Shown piece after piece: positions 24,221 through 37,763 of a DNA stretch of 64,000 nt. The position numbers and the translations under genes were made by a program. How positions within the stretch are numbered: position 1 is the stretch's first letter; each line of letters starts with the position of its first letter. Below the pieces are notes generated by a model. That model was given only the letters and a program-made list of their open reading frames with translations, made no database searches and was not told the origin of the DNA. Source of the DNA: Hormiphora californensis (lineage: Eukaryota > Animalia > Ctenophora); contig CM035351.1 of the NCBI GenBank assembly GCA_020137815.1, positions 9,672,001-9,736,000 of the forward strand. The letters run 5' to 3'.

Positions 24221-25171
24221 CCTATTAATGAAGAATAGTCTGGTTTCTTTCTCCTTCTCTTTCTCTCTTTAGTGACTAAAAAATTGTTGGCAATGTAGCA
24301 ATGCGCTTGCCAGCACTTTTATTGGCAAAAAAGAGAAATTTCCAGCACTTTTGAAAATGTACAAATGTGGGAGATAAGTCGTCTAAGTTGCCCCTCACAT
24401 AGAGCGGTATTTCTCTGTCTTGTCACGTTACGGAACGTTGACATGTGATCTGATGCTCTCTCTAGCCTGTTTACTGGTGTTTACTCTCTTTTTTGGCGTT
24501 CTAATTTGCCCTGATTAGGTTCTGATTAGCTCCCAGCTCGCATGTGCTGGCAGCATTGCCTCCCCATTGCCACGCGCCAGCACCCTGGGGACACGCCAGC
24601 ACCCTGTGTCCCGGCAATGTGATCCCCAATTTCCCATTGCCAGCACGTTTTCAACAATTTTGACCTGGGCTCTTTACAACAACAGTAAAGTAAACGTATC
24701 CTGTTGTAGCTTAACCCATTGTTCCATGGAAGTACTAATGATTATTTGCTATCCTGATATTGATCGCAGATACGAGGACTCCACCCGGATGATCGTTTTA
24801 GCACGTGTGACGATTATGAGACGTAGAAAACTCAATAAACACCATTGAATCAGGATTCAGGAGGAACAAACCACCCACCAATCCGCACGTGCATTATCCA
24901 CCCAATCTTCCCATCAATCCCCTTGCCCACCAACCATAACAACCCCTCAATTAGCAGTGTGCAGGGGAATTTGTATATTTAATCTTAGTATAATCTTAAT
25001 TAAAAGATGCAAATGCGTGGCCAATGATGAACAAATACAGATAAAAAGATATGGGAGAATGAGAAGGAGAGATAGAGACAGCAAAATAGGGAGAGAAAGA
25101 GAGCGAGAGATAGAGAGGGGGTGAAAGGATTGCTCATTTTTGAGTCCGAGAGAGCAGGTATTATAGTCTAG

Positions 25172-26119
25172 TCTACATTAAAAAAGGCAAAAGGTTGGTA
25201 GTAGTGATGGGTCAACATTTGCACGTGCAGGTTTAGAGGTGGAGTGTGATGGGGGACCTCAGGAGTTTGCACGTGCAAATAAAAACCTTCGCCAACCTGC
25301 AAAATCTATAGCTCTTTGGAAAGTGCTTGACTTCCTCTTTCCAATGAGCCCAAGATTTCTGAAAATGGTTGGCGTAAAACGTCTAAAAATCGTGAAAAAG
25401 GTGATTTTCACTGTTCTTGGTAACTTTTGCAGTTTTGTAGTCGACGGGGGCTCTACTTGCGGGGTTCCCTAGTCTATTAAAAAAGGCAAAAGGTTGGTGA
25501 TGATGGGTCAACATTTGCACGTGCAGTTTAATAGGAGATCTGGGAGTGGGATAGGGGACCTCAGGGGTTTCACGTGCAAATTGAGTTCTTGAGTAATATT
25601 AAAGTTTTATAGCTCTTTGGAAAGAGCTCGATCCCCTCTTTCTAAAGATCCCAGGAAATTTGAAATTGGTTGAAAAATGGCAGAGTTATGGCGTAAAACG
25701 TCTCAAAATCGTGCAAAAATTGATTTATCAACACATGTGAATCCCTGTGTATCAGCCGTTGATACTATTGAGAACGTTGGGCTCTAGTAAAAGCAAAAAT
25801 GTCATCACACTATATATGCACGTGCAAATAGTGACACACTTTCCATGGATCTACTAAGATCATAGTAATAGTGCAGTGAGGAAGGGTAGAATAATGCACG
25901 TGCTACTCTTACTGTCTTCACTTCATCTTGCGTTTGCAAGGGTGAATCCTGAATTCACCCTACAAATTACAATACCACCATCTATAATACCATCACCCAC
26001 CAATACCCAAGAAACAAGACCCTACTGTACCCGTCACCCTAGTACAAGGCAGTAAGTAACATCACATCCCATGTATCCAATCCCGTCCGTAGGGCGGGTG
26101 TTTCCGCTATATATACTAG
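25172..26119 (+). mobile_element. Tandem non-autonomous Helitron-like pair
   Basis: Two related 5' ends TCTA..TTAAAAAAGGCAAAAGGTTGG at 25172 and 25473. The 3' end has hairpin CCCGTCC-GTA-GGGCGGG followed by CTAG|T. Confidence 0.5.
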
Positions 26120-27810
26120 TATAGTGAGATGAAGGAGAAATGGTCGTTTCCGCTACATCATATAATACATCATCTATTACACACAACTCCGTATAACCGG
26201 TAAAAGAGATTATCGCTAGCTAACAAAAGATGCAGGATTGTATGGCAGTCGGGGAAAATATGTGGAAATCAGGATGCATATAAGATCGGTTGATTCTCTA
26301 GTTACTCTCTGAGGGAGACAGTATCCAACAATTCTAGCAGCCAACACGATCCACGGAATAATAAAGTTTCTGAATAATGAATATAATAAGCATATAATCT
26401 TGCACAGCAGACGTACCTAATTAATTTTTTTTCGATTTATAATTTATTTTAAAGTGAAAGAGAACAACAGGGATTTTCACAAAAAATTATATGGATGTCT
26501 AAATGAAACCTTATGTCAGATTAATGCAATGGGCCCATATATGCAGATATGCACTTACGCCCATATGGGCCCATTAATGGTGCATCTCGCATGTTTTAGT
26601 TATAGCTCGATTTTCAAAAACATTTTCAAAAACATAGTAGGGAGTAGGGACATGCGGTTTTCACCCTTGTGTTATCATTTTATCGTGTTTCCAGTGATTC
26701 TTTGTGTTCTTTACACAAATCGCACATCAAACATCTCATCCATCTCTGTTATAATCTAACCCTCCTTTAAATTTGTAAAGGGGGCCCAGCTAGGCAAATC
26801 CATCTCATATCAGTGCACGGCACAAGTGCAAATTTTTCGTGCATGGCATACGTCTATTTTACGCCAGCGCCCAGCGGGTCTATGACAGCGTGAACGTCAT
26901 CTTGTCAGCAACAGAAATGAAATAATATACCCTAGCTCGCAGGCTCTTCTCTCAAATCTTTGTAAGATAACACACCTACACAAACACCTGCCATCAACCC
27001 CCTGTTTCTCTCTCTTTTCCCCCTTTTATTTTTTGGATACTATAATGCTCCCATTATAGGCTGAGGATTGCACGTGACAACCGAGACACATACACCCGGC
27101 ATGGTCAACATCGCCCGGACCGCCATGTGTGAAAGTGTAAGGGGATCTCGTCGCCTTGTCCTGGGTAATGTCATTCGGCCCCAGATTGAGTGCCGTTGTG
27201 GCCCACTGGAGTCTGTCAATGCGTCTCTCGTCATGGGTTGAATAGAACTAGAGGAGGTTAGAACAAGAAGAGGGAGGCGGAGAGGTGTCCGGTGGAAGGA
27301 GAGGGAGAAAGAGGGAAGGGGAGAGGGAAGGGCTAACTGTCGAGTAAACTCTTTCTCTCCCTCTATCTCTTTCTCACTCCCTTCCTCTCTCTCTATCTCT
27401 GGTTTGGTTTGGTTTGGTTTGGTAGTACTACGGTATAGCCACTGAGCAGCAAGCTACTGTCGGCACCGTTATAATAATAGGTAATGATATGGAAAGAAAC
27501 GGAAAGACACTCAGATGTTCAGTACCATCATTTTGCCTAGCCTCCGGATATAATAAGGGATTTTGAAAAGTCTATCTCTTTCTTACCCTCTTCTTCTCTC
27601 TCCCTCCCTAAGTATCTTTCCCTATCTCTCTCTCCCTCTCTCTCTCTCCATATCTCTTTCTCACTCACCAATAAAAAGGATCCGCACGATGCCAAATAGT
27701 GTGCTAGGAGTCTTGCCACCATTATACAAGTAGTTACATCATAAATTATTAACCCTGGGCCCGGAGATCCAACAACCCGGACTTAGCTTGGACTTGCTTT
27801 AATACGTCGC

Positions 27811-28100
<290 letters not shown>

Positions 28101-28609
28101 GAACAATGTAACAATGCCATCTCTTCGCTTTGCTTTTATTTCATGGAAGGCCTTAGGCCGATGTGTTTAAACAGAAACGCCGTAAATCTTGTGTTTTTCT
28201 GTTCAAACTATTGAACTCGGCATATCCTGAATGAAAGGAACTATTTAATCTCAAACCGTCTCAAATAGTATGTTTCTCTGTGTCTGTCTGTTATATGTAT
28301 CTTCTGTTTTTCTTCCATATTGTTGGTGGGAGAGTTACAATGTTTGGGGCCTCGGCGAATTACCGCTAATTGCTAATGCATCCTACACAGTACAGTACAG
28401 TGTGTACTTGGTAATGAAAGTGTGTACTACACAGTACACACGTCACGCTGAGAATGGAGCTAGTCCTATAATAATAATATCATGGTACGCGCAATGTGCC
28501 TTGTGTTATGCAAAGCCCGCCAGTGCTGGCATTTGCTAAATAGCGCCGCGCGGTAACTCTTATATTGCCCAACTCACCCCTCCTTTCTGTTCCATTTTAG
28601 CAGCGCCGT

Positions 28610-29404
28610 ATGACTGACTTCAGAGGCGGAAATAGAGGAATGCAGCAGGGGAATGGGGTGATGAGGCCGATCGGGCCAGGTACCAACATGATTCCACCAT
28701 CAAAACACCCAGTGTTTCCATCACTCTGCCCAGAGTTCATGAAAGGCGTATGTAGTGCGTTTCAGTGCCCCAAAAACCACCCGGAAGCTTCGCTATTATT
28801 CTGCCAAGGTTACCAGAGAGATTGCTGCCAGCTAGGTCAAACGTGCACCTACATGCATGCTACCGTAGAAGAAGAGCAATATTACAAAGACACGGGCCTC
28901 ATTCCTCTTCGATTTATGAACAAACCTATTCGCATTGAGAGGGGAAAGGGACCCCTGATTAACGGACAACCATCTCTGTTCCCTAGTGAGGGTACAGCTC
29001 CTACTGTTGCTGTAGTACCCGAGCCCCAACAATACACCTCCCCCGAACCTGTCTCACTTCCTGAGGTACCACCAGGGAAGAGAAAAATACCATATGAAGA
29101 GTTAGAGACTGAGAAGAACATGCTTGCTGAGAAAGTGCGTATCTTGGAGAAAAAGGTGGAGCAACTAGATGCAACTAACGAGCTACTTCTTGAGAAAAAT
29201 GCTAAGTTGAGAAAACGGTCCCCAGAGGGACGCCGGAGGTCCCCAGATAACCGACGGAGGGGAGGTACCCGCGGTCGCTCTAGGAGTCGATCAAAAGAGA
29301 GGGGGAGGTCAAAGGACATGGAGTGGAAGGGGAGACAGTGGGGAGAAGGGCAACAGTATAACAACAGTGGGCCAAACAACAATTTCAATAACAGGCCCAT
29401 GTGA
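28610..29404 (+). CDS. ZC3H10: ZC3H10-like CCCH zinc-finger protein with coiled coil and RS-rich tail, intronless
   Basis: Two CCCH fingers (CPEFMKGVC..CPKNHP; FCQGYQRDCC...CTYMH) followed by EEEQYYKDTGLIP, and the coiled coil LEKKVEQLDATNELLLEKNAKLR characteristic of ZC3H10. Confidence 0.8.
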   Translation: MTDFRGGNRGMQQGNGVMRPIGPGTNMIPPSKHPVFPSLCPEFMKGVCSAFQCPKNHPEASLLFCQGYQRDCCQLGQTCTYMHATVEEEQYYKDTGLIPLRFMNKPIRIERGKGPLINGQPSLFPSEGTAPTVAVVPEPQQYTSPEPVSLPEVPPGKRKIPYEELETEKNMLAEKVRILEKKVEQLDATNELLLEKNAKLRKRSPEGRRRSPDNRRRGGTRGRSRSRSKERGRSKDMEWKGRQWGEGQQYNNSGPNNNFNNRPM

Positions 29405-29868
29405 TCAGAGACACGATCTTTTACAGATGTACATCTATATGTGTTTTGGCGTCGAGTGTTTTTAATTCCACCTGGTGCCGTGACATCAAGGGGACCGAAC
29501 AGTTGGGACAGTCATTTTGTGACAAGCCTGTTATATCATTTCATTTTGATCACTGGAATTAACCCCCTTCTCTTAATACTCAATAGAGGCTACTCACATA
29601 AAGATCTTGCTAAGTCAGGGGTCCGTGTGTCAATATGGGGGTGGGGGGGGGGGGGGGGGGGGGGGGTGGGATCGGGAGGTAACGCTCCAATACTGCAGTA
29701 TTGGTGGCGCTTTAAGAAAGGGGATATCCAGATATATGTGAGTAGCCTTTAGAAAAATGAATACCCGTCTAGTTACAGAAAATATATAGAGCAAAAGCGT
29801 AGTGCCAACATCGTGGTATAAATATTAAAAGTTTACAAATAACAGAAGGCCGCTCACAAAAAAACATC

Positions 29869-31709
29869 TCAGTGGCACTCGTTTCCTCCACGCTGTCTGG
29901 GTGTTGATTTCAGAATGTCGTCGACTCTGAGAATCATCTCGGCTGCTTCAGCTGCACTACTCACAACGGCACTCTTCACGGCGTAGGATTCGGTAATTCC
30001 AAGGTCTCGCATATCACCCACCTGCAGATGGGGGATGATCAATTTATTATGATTGATATTGTAAAATTATCAATAAGTGAATTTTTGAAGAGCCTGGCAA
30101 GATTAGAAATGTGTTTTAGTGATCCTCATGGAGAGGCCAAGGGGGTTATCTCCACCTCACCAACACACTATCAATACAGGGTGTCCCACTGTCTTTGCAT
30201 CACCTGCGATTTTGGGTCATGACCGGGCTCCATTAAACTAACCAAAACTCATCGAAAAATTGGTCAAAATGGTTCTAACAAAAACCAGTGTTCTAGAGAA
30301 TTGTCTGGCGAACATTTTGGTTGCAAGATTGACTTTCCAAGTCTTACCAATCGTCAGATATATCGTCGTAAAGTCAAAATTACGTGTTCATGAAATCCGA
30401 CCGGGGTTCACGTTTTGAAAAATTCACAAATGCAAAGTTGCTCGGATCACATTGCATCCCTCATAAGAGTTGTAGGAAATTGTCTGGCGGTCATTTTGGT
30501 ACCCGGGTTTATATCCTAGCTCAATGTTTAGAGTGTCTTATGACTGTCTAAAGACGAAATTCAACCAGCATTTTTGAGGGGATCACGTGTCATCAACAAA
30601 TGGGTAAAATGATTTGAAATTTACAAGAGCTTCATTGGAATCGTCTAAGGTTCATTTTGATACCATGGTTTTTTCCATAGCTCTACGTTTAAGTTGCGTT
30701 ATGACTGTAGGAACATGAAGATTTTTCTATGCTGAGTCTTAGTTGGTATCGGCTCACAACCCCTAATTAGGTGGCTCGGTGTCGTGTGTAATCCCATGAT
30801 AATCAGCACATATCGTCTCAATTTCATCTAGACACTTGACAGGGTTGTTATGACGATTTGGCAAGGCCCCTGTTAATGTGTAGTATACGCAAGTGGTCTA
30901 TCTCAACCCTATCATGCACTAAGATGTTATTCAAGCACCTATGAGCTTCATAACAGGGCAAAATGCAATGCGATACCTGAGACCACTTTTGGGAAAATTC
31001 CAGTTCTGACAGTCATAAGACACTCTAAACATTGAGCTAGGATAAAAACCCGGGTACCAAAATGACCGCCAGACAATTTCCTACAACTCTTATGAAGGAT
31101 GTAATGTGATCCGAGCAACTTTGCATTTGTGAATTTTTCGAAACGTGAACCCCGGTCGGATTTCATGAACACGTAATTTTGACTTTACGACGATATATCT
31201 GACGATTGGTAAGACTTGGAAAGTCAATCTTGCTACCAAATTGTTCGCCAGACAATTCTCTAGAACACTGGTTTTTGTTAGAACCATTTTGACCAATTTT
31301 TCGATGAGTTTTGGTTAGTTTAATGGAGCCCGGTCATGACCCAAAATCGCAGGTGATGCAAAGACAGTGGGACACCCTGTACTATGACTATAAGATGATT
31401 TTACCTCTCCCGTGTTCATATTAAGGCCGGAATACACGTTATCCTCAGAGTGCATTGCCCGCAGTTCTGAAACTAACTGGGAACTATCGTAACCACCATT
31501 ATCCGCAATGATAGTAGGAATCTGACGGAGGGCCCGAGCAAAACTCTCAATCGCCAAGGCTTCCTTGCCGGGTGTACGGGCAGCTAGCTCCTCTACATGC
31601 CTTGCCATCCTCATTTCTGAGCAACCTGTGAAAGGGGTTTGTGAGAGATAGAAAAGGAGAGAATGAGGGAGGAGATATGGAGAGAGAGAAAGAGAGAGAG
31701 AGAAACAGA

Positions 31710-31755
<46 letters not shown>

Positions 31756-34700
31756 TCACCCACCTCCACCGAAGACTGTCCTTGTCTCCTTAACAGTTTG
31801 GGTGAGTACGCAAAGAGCATCATGAAGAGATCGCTCTGACTCGTCCACAATCATCTTGGTAGCACCCCGGAGGACCACTGTACAAGCTTCTCCCTGTTTT
31901 ACACCTGTATAATATTAGTTACACATCCGTTACACACCTTGTCATCTCTATACACAATTCGTTATGAAACACTCACCGGAGAACTTGATGAGTTTATCCT
32001 CTCCGATCATGACTTCCTCGATCAGTTTACAAGAGCCAATGGTCACTTTGTCCGGCTGATCAAAAGTAGAAACGATTTCTGCACCTAAAACTTTGGACAA
32101 CCTCTCGATCCCATCAAAATCAGCATGCTCAATAGCCATGAGACCAGCATCAGCAAAAAGCTGATCGGGGTAATCATAGATGAGCTGTCGGTTGATGAAG
32201 CAATTGATGTCATGCTTTAGAATCCTGTCCACTTTATTCTTCATTTTTTCCTTTTCAGCTAACTCAATTGCAGCAACCTTAGCGGTACTATCAACTTTCA
32301 CCTTGGAGCCAAACACTTTGATCTTGTCGGTGTCCATGGGGGTGTTAGCGACCAAGATTTTAGCATTTTCCATCCTTTTAGGTTGGTTGTGCCCTATTTC
32401 CTTTTCCAACAGGAAACCCTCGTCAAGATAGGAATCCTCGATGCTCCCACCGACCTTCTTTAGTATCTGGATAAGCTCCAAGTCATTGTTACCCTTTAGT
32501 CGGAGTACAGCATCAACTGCCAACTTAGCAAAGTGCTCCTTGTGTTGATTTAGAATCTTAGAGCTGAGGGTGGTTCGAGCAATGTTCATAAGATCCTTTT
32601 GGAAAGCTTCCTCATCTTTTCCATTGTCCAGAGCGGTGTCTTGGAGGACCTTGGTGGCAACTTTTGCAGCAGCTCTGAATCCGCTAATGATGGTCTGGGG
32701 ATGAAGCTTCTTGGAGACCAGTTGTTCTGCTTCCTGGGGGAGGTAACCAGGGTTACATGATGATGTTGTGTAACAAGCAAGGTTAACGGTCAAGAGTCCC
32801 AGCTTGGCCACCGTGCGCGCGAGCTCGAGAAACATCTAGCATAGAGAACACATGAAGAAGAGAAAAGGAGGCGGCGCGTTCCATAAATCAGTTGTAACGG
32901 ACTTCGGAATTGGTGTGCATAATTTATACAACTGATAGACAGAAATCAAATGTACAATTAGATGGTTACTGAATGACATTACACAAGAACCGTTAGTAGC
33001 CATCCCTTGTCAAACCCCCCCATAGTTCTGCCCCTGACTTCGTCTTTGGAGCGTAGAAAGGTCATACATATAAGTAAAGATGCAGTCAGGGGCGGAACAG
33101 TGGGAACAGTTGTGGGGGGGGGGGGGGACTCGGCAGGTGAATGGGCTTTATTTAAGATGGCGGTGTTTCTCTTAACATACCCGAAGGAGTTCTGCAGCAA
33201 GAACTGTGACAGATGTGGTACCATCTCCAACCTGGTCATCCTGTACTTTTGAGATGTTCACAAGGACCTTCGCTGCGGGGTTATCAACACCAATAGACCT
33301 CAAAATAGTCGCACCGTCATTTGTCACCTGAGGGATCAACATTATTTCAATAATTTCTTTGTGGCAAAACCAAGGCCCGAAAATGATGACACCCATATAT
33401 GGCCTTCCAGCCCAAAATCAATCAATCAGAACTGCCGCTGACAGTGTCATGTGCCGAAATGGCACTGTTAGGAATGGCCCGCACTAACACATTTTGTTTT
33501 GTTTGAGTCGATGCGAAGTGAAGGAGTGGTTTTGTGGCCTATCTTACCTGAATCTCACCGGGGTATCCATCCTGGCCCATAGTGACAAGAATTTTATCCA
33601 TACCCTTGGGACCCATAGTACTTTTCACGAGATCTCCAATGGCAATGGCTCCAATGAAAGAGCTCTGAAAGGTTATGGATGTGTAAGTTCATCCTGGCAA
33701 TCTTAGTTCTGGTATTCGAGACGTCTTTGGGTGAGATAGTATAACCCATTGATATTATAGTAGATCAGGGGCGTCTGGGTGTCCATGTGTCCATGGACAC
33801 TAAAGAATAAAGATAGAAGGGAAAATATATAAAATTAAAGTGAGAGGTGCACGGAAACGAAAGTCGGAATAACTTCTTAACAAATTGTGTGTAACATTCC
33901 TTGGTGTCCAATTAAAAGTTTGGTGAAAAGATGACGCCTCAATGTTGTTTTTGAAATTAATTGATAACTAGGAACGTGCATGCACGTGCAAGCTTCAAAC
34001 ACAAGTTAGAAGCATGGGACCTTTCCTTGGATCAAAACAAAAAAGTTGGTGAAGGTTTCATACTTCAAACTTATGTTTGAAGCTTGCACAATGCACATGC
34101 ATTTAAAGCGTTCCTAGTTATCAATGAATTTCAAACACAACATTGAGACGTCATCTTTTCACCAAACTTTTAATAGGACATCAAAAGGAATGTTACACAC
34201 AAATTGTTTAGAAATTATTCCGACTTTCGTTTTCGTGCACCTCTCACTTTAAGTTCTGAAAACCAGGAAATTTGAAACTTAAAATAACGACTTTGCTGCA
34301 CTTGTTCTCCCTACTCAGTTCTACAGTTATTTTTTGGTTTAGGCCTCCGTCAAAAAATTATGGAGGTTTACATAGTACTTTCCCAAACCAAAAAAATACA
34401 AACCTCCATAATTTTTGAACGGGGGCCTAAATCAAAAAACGCCACACAAGAACTGTAGATGTGAGTCTGTAGAACAAGTGTGCCAAAAGACAAGGAATAC
34501 CCGTTTCTTCAAGTTTTGGTTAAAGAAAGAGTGGTGCACCGTATATTTTCACAAAAATTAGTGAAAAAACGGTGAGTACCATCAGGACCATTTCTACGGT
34601 GTCGAAAATTTCTAATTCTGTCTCGTACATTAGTTATGACGTAATTATGACATTATTTTGACTTTCATAAAATTGCTCTACAGCAAAATCTGTGCGTTGT

Positions 34701-35391
34701 GGAAAAAATAGCCGGGTACCAAATTTTGGTGTCTCTACCTTTTCTGTGACGAGAGATATAGAAAATTATCAAAAACGACCAAAAACGGGAGAAAGAGAGT
34801 TTGATATCTTTGGTTGCTTTGGTTGTGTGTGCACAACCAAATGTAACAATCTCTCTCTCTCACCCATTTTGTTCGTTTTTTTTTATACTTGTCGATATTT
34901 CGCGTCACAGACAAGGAAGAGACACCAAATTTGGAACCCCGGCTATTTTTCGACGCTGAACACGATGGAAGCATCCATTTCAATCCACAACACACAGATT
35001 TTGCTGTAGAGCAATTTTATGAAAGTTAAAATAATGTCATAATTACGTCATAACTATTGAACGAGACAGAATTAGAAATTTTCGATACCCTAGTAATGGT
35101 CCTGATGGTACTCCTAGTTCATCCACAAAGTTTTGTGAGAAAACAAGGCGCACCACTCTTAGAAAATAGGGATTTCAGGAGACCAAAAAAGGCGATTTTT
35201 AGGGATTTTGTGAACCGCTAAATAAATTTGAAACCAATTGGACTAGAACCATGGAACTTTGTAAAAGGAGGAGTTGATGATGAACATTCACCTTTATTAG
35301 GAAAAATAAAAACACTTACCATACGGGCCTGTTCGGCCTTCTCTTCTTCAGCCCCAGCTCGCAAGATCTGTACAGGGTTCAGAGATGCCAT
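29869..35391 (-). CDS. CCT2: T-complex protein 1 subunit beta, 7 exons
   Basis: Exons 35391-35320, 33664-33548, 33327-33181, 32733-31977, 31904-31764, 31625-31405 and 30021-29869. Motifs: [70 protein letters not shown]. Confidence 0.97.
30177..31379. mobile_element. Tc1/mariner-type non-autonomous element with ~370-bp TIRs, in the last CCT2 intron
   Basis: TA|CAGGGTGTCCCAC...GTGGGACACCCTG|TA; arms span ~30177-30548 and ~31008-31379. Confidence 0.88.
33839..34248. mobile_element. TTAA-flanked foldback MITE (Kolobok-like family K1)
   Basis: TTAA|AGTGAGAGGTGCAC...GTGCACCTCTCACT|TTAA; second copy at 58909-59313. Confidence 0.85.
34528..35159. mobile_element. Foldback MITE in CCT2 intron 1
   Basis: AGAGTGGTGC...GCACCACTCT termini with inverted arms of about 170 bp or more. 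Confidence 0.7.
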
Positions 35392-35834
35392 GCTTATTAC
35401 TAGATAAAAGTAAGTTGAATACTGGAACAAAATAGGTGGAACAGGGTGCAAAACCAATAATGAAATAATCTGGTTAGGCAGCTAGCGGATTATTGCCTAG
35501 TTTTTAGCGCCGCTAACTTTACGCTTACATAAAATTGTTGAAGGCTATCAGGAATGGTTAATTTAGAAAATTTATGAAAAGTGATATATGGTTCTCTGAC
35601 GGTTTTACAATTCTTACAAGATTTGGACTTCTGTACCATTCACCGATTGGTGCAGTGGGGGCCTCGTTAAGGGGGTCGCAATTCGCAAAATGCCATTTCT
35701 GGCTAAAAACTGAAAAAAGTTATAACTGCGTTCTTGCATGTGCAGCTTGGGGGAGGTAAGGTCACCTTTACGCTTGCCGGCGCAGTAATTAATGTCGTAT
35801 CTTTCACTCTTGTATTGTAAACTTATTGCCTCGG

Positions 35835-36240
35835 TGCCCTCTCAAACTCATAACAGTTGTTCGGAGAAGGGTAACCGCTGCCTAATGTAACGGATGGTGT
35901 CAGGATAAGCCTGTTTTGTTTTGTCAGTAAGCAGCTTTGCTAGGCGCCTGTAGAACTTTTCTGCTTCGTTGCGCAAGGCACCAGTTACTGAAAACACGAG
36001 TGGGCAAAGCAGCTCGACCTCGTTCGTTATAACAGCGTTTTTTTCTCGTCCTCGTGCCGTTTCAGAGCTGTGTCGAGCGGGATGACAGTTGACTGTTGGT
36101 GGGTGTCAATGGATTAAAGATACGAACATCCGTGTAAATATTGGCCATAGGAAGCCAAAAGTCCCTGGCAGCAACATCAAGGGGAGCATCGTTGGCAGTG
36201 TTTGCTGATTTTAGCCGGAAAGTTTCGCCAGTGATTGGGT
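35835..36240 (-). mobile_element. Degenerate CRE-clade non-LTR retrotransposon 3' fragment (restriction-like endonuclease region)
   Basis: Translates to SANTANDAPLDVAARDFW...DVRIFNP...HEDEKKRCY...PLVFSVTG...FYRRLAKLL, with frameshifts. Confidence 0.7.
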
Positions 36241-36689
36241 TGGCAAACGCAGTGCGGGATAAGGCGGCACTTTTCAATTGATTGGGAGACGATGGGTTCT
36301 CTTGAAAAGAAACTACAGAATTCTGGAGTGGGCCCGTGGGACTGCTTGTGCGGGGGATGTTCGATTGGACTGACACCATTATATGTTGATATATGAAGTT
36401 TATTACAAAGTTACAAAGTCAGGGGTGAAACGGTGCAGAGCAGCCACGGTGAGGTGTGAATCAAGTCATCAGAAAAATTCTCCTGAAACATTGGCAAACG
36501 TTGCGGGATAAGGCAGCGCTTTTCAACCTGAAACATCAAGCCTCTTTTAAAAATAAAACAGTCAAAATTAAAATGGCTTGGAAGGCGCGCGAGCAATGCA
36601 GCGCAAAATTTAAAGATTACATGCGCGGCCATTTTAAGTTTATCAAGTTTAAATAAAAGTCGGATTTTTTGAAACTGTCACCCCCCGGC

Positions 36690-37763
36690 CAGCGTTAAAA
36701 TCTTGTAATCTGGGTGTTTCGTGAGTTCTGACAAACGGTTTTTTAGGGTTAGGGCTAAAGTGGGGTTAGGGTTAGGGCTGGGGTTTGGGTTGGGGTTAGG
36801 CCTTGACATTTCCTACCAGATAAACTTTGAATTAGCCAAAACGGTTGAGTGGTTTGGCGGTTAGAGTCATTTTAGTGAATCAACTTTTTTGGCAGCGCGC
36901 ACCTGTAAACGGGGCCCCAAACACCCAGATCGTAACGGCGCCCTCACCCCCCTGGGTATTTTCAAATTTCGTAAATGACCATAAATCCGGTTCCTGACGA
37001 GATAGAGACTTGAAATTTGAAGGTTACCAAGATCTTGCTAAGTTCTTCCGAACCTCCAAATTTCAAGTCTCTATCTTATCAGGAACCGGAGATATGGCAA
37101 ATTTTGTTATTTTAGGGGGGTGACAGTTTCAAAAAATCCGACTTTAGTGAATCAATTTTTTTATTTTGGAATCGTAGCTCGTGCCAGGGGCGGTGCGCGG
37201 CTTTCAGCCGCTCTGGCCAATATGCGGCAACAAGCCACCAAACACCCAGATCGTAACGGCGCCCCACAAGCGACGTTTCAAGGCGATATCCAACTTTTTT
37301 GGCAAACGTTAGAACCTAGCATTCTTGAGTGTTAGCACTCACGGTTGATTAGGGTTGGGGTTAGGGCTCAAGATTAGCCAAAAATGAAAAAGGTTTAGGT
37401 TAAGAGCCATAATTTACATTTGATTCTAGTGCAGGGTACATTTTTGGCAGCACACAGGCCTCAAGGATTCTAAATCCGAAATCGTAACGGCGCCCCAGCA
37501 GAAGACATCAATATCATAGCGTTAAAATCTGGGTGTTTTGGGAGTGCTGACAAACGGTTTTTTAGGGTTAGGGCTAAAGTAGGGTTAGGGTTAGGGTTGG
37601 GGTTTGGGTTGGGCTTAGGCCTTGACATTCCCTACCAGATAAACTTTGAATCAGCCAAAACGGTTGAGTGGTTTGGCGGTTAGAGCCATTTTAGTGAATC
37701 AACTTTTTTGGCAGCGCGCACCTGTAAACAGGCCTCCAAACACCCAGATCGTAACGGCGCCCA
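36690..37763. repeat. Cluster of small elements carrying degenerate TTAGGG runs
   Basis: ~36690-36943 and ~37518-37763 are near-identical, both contain TTAGGGTTAGGGCT..GGGTTAGGGTTAGGG and both end AAACACCCAGATCGTAACGGCGCCC. Related ends occur at ~37241 and ~37480. Confidence 0.7.
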
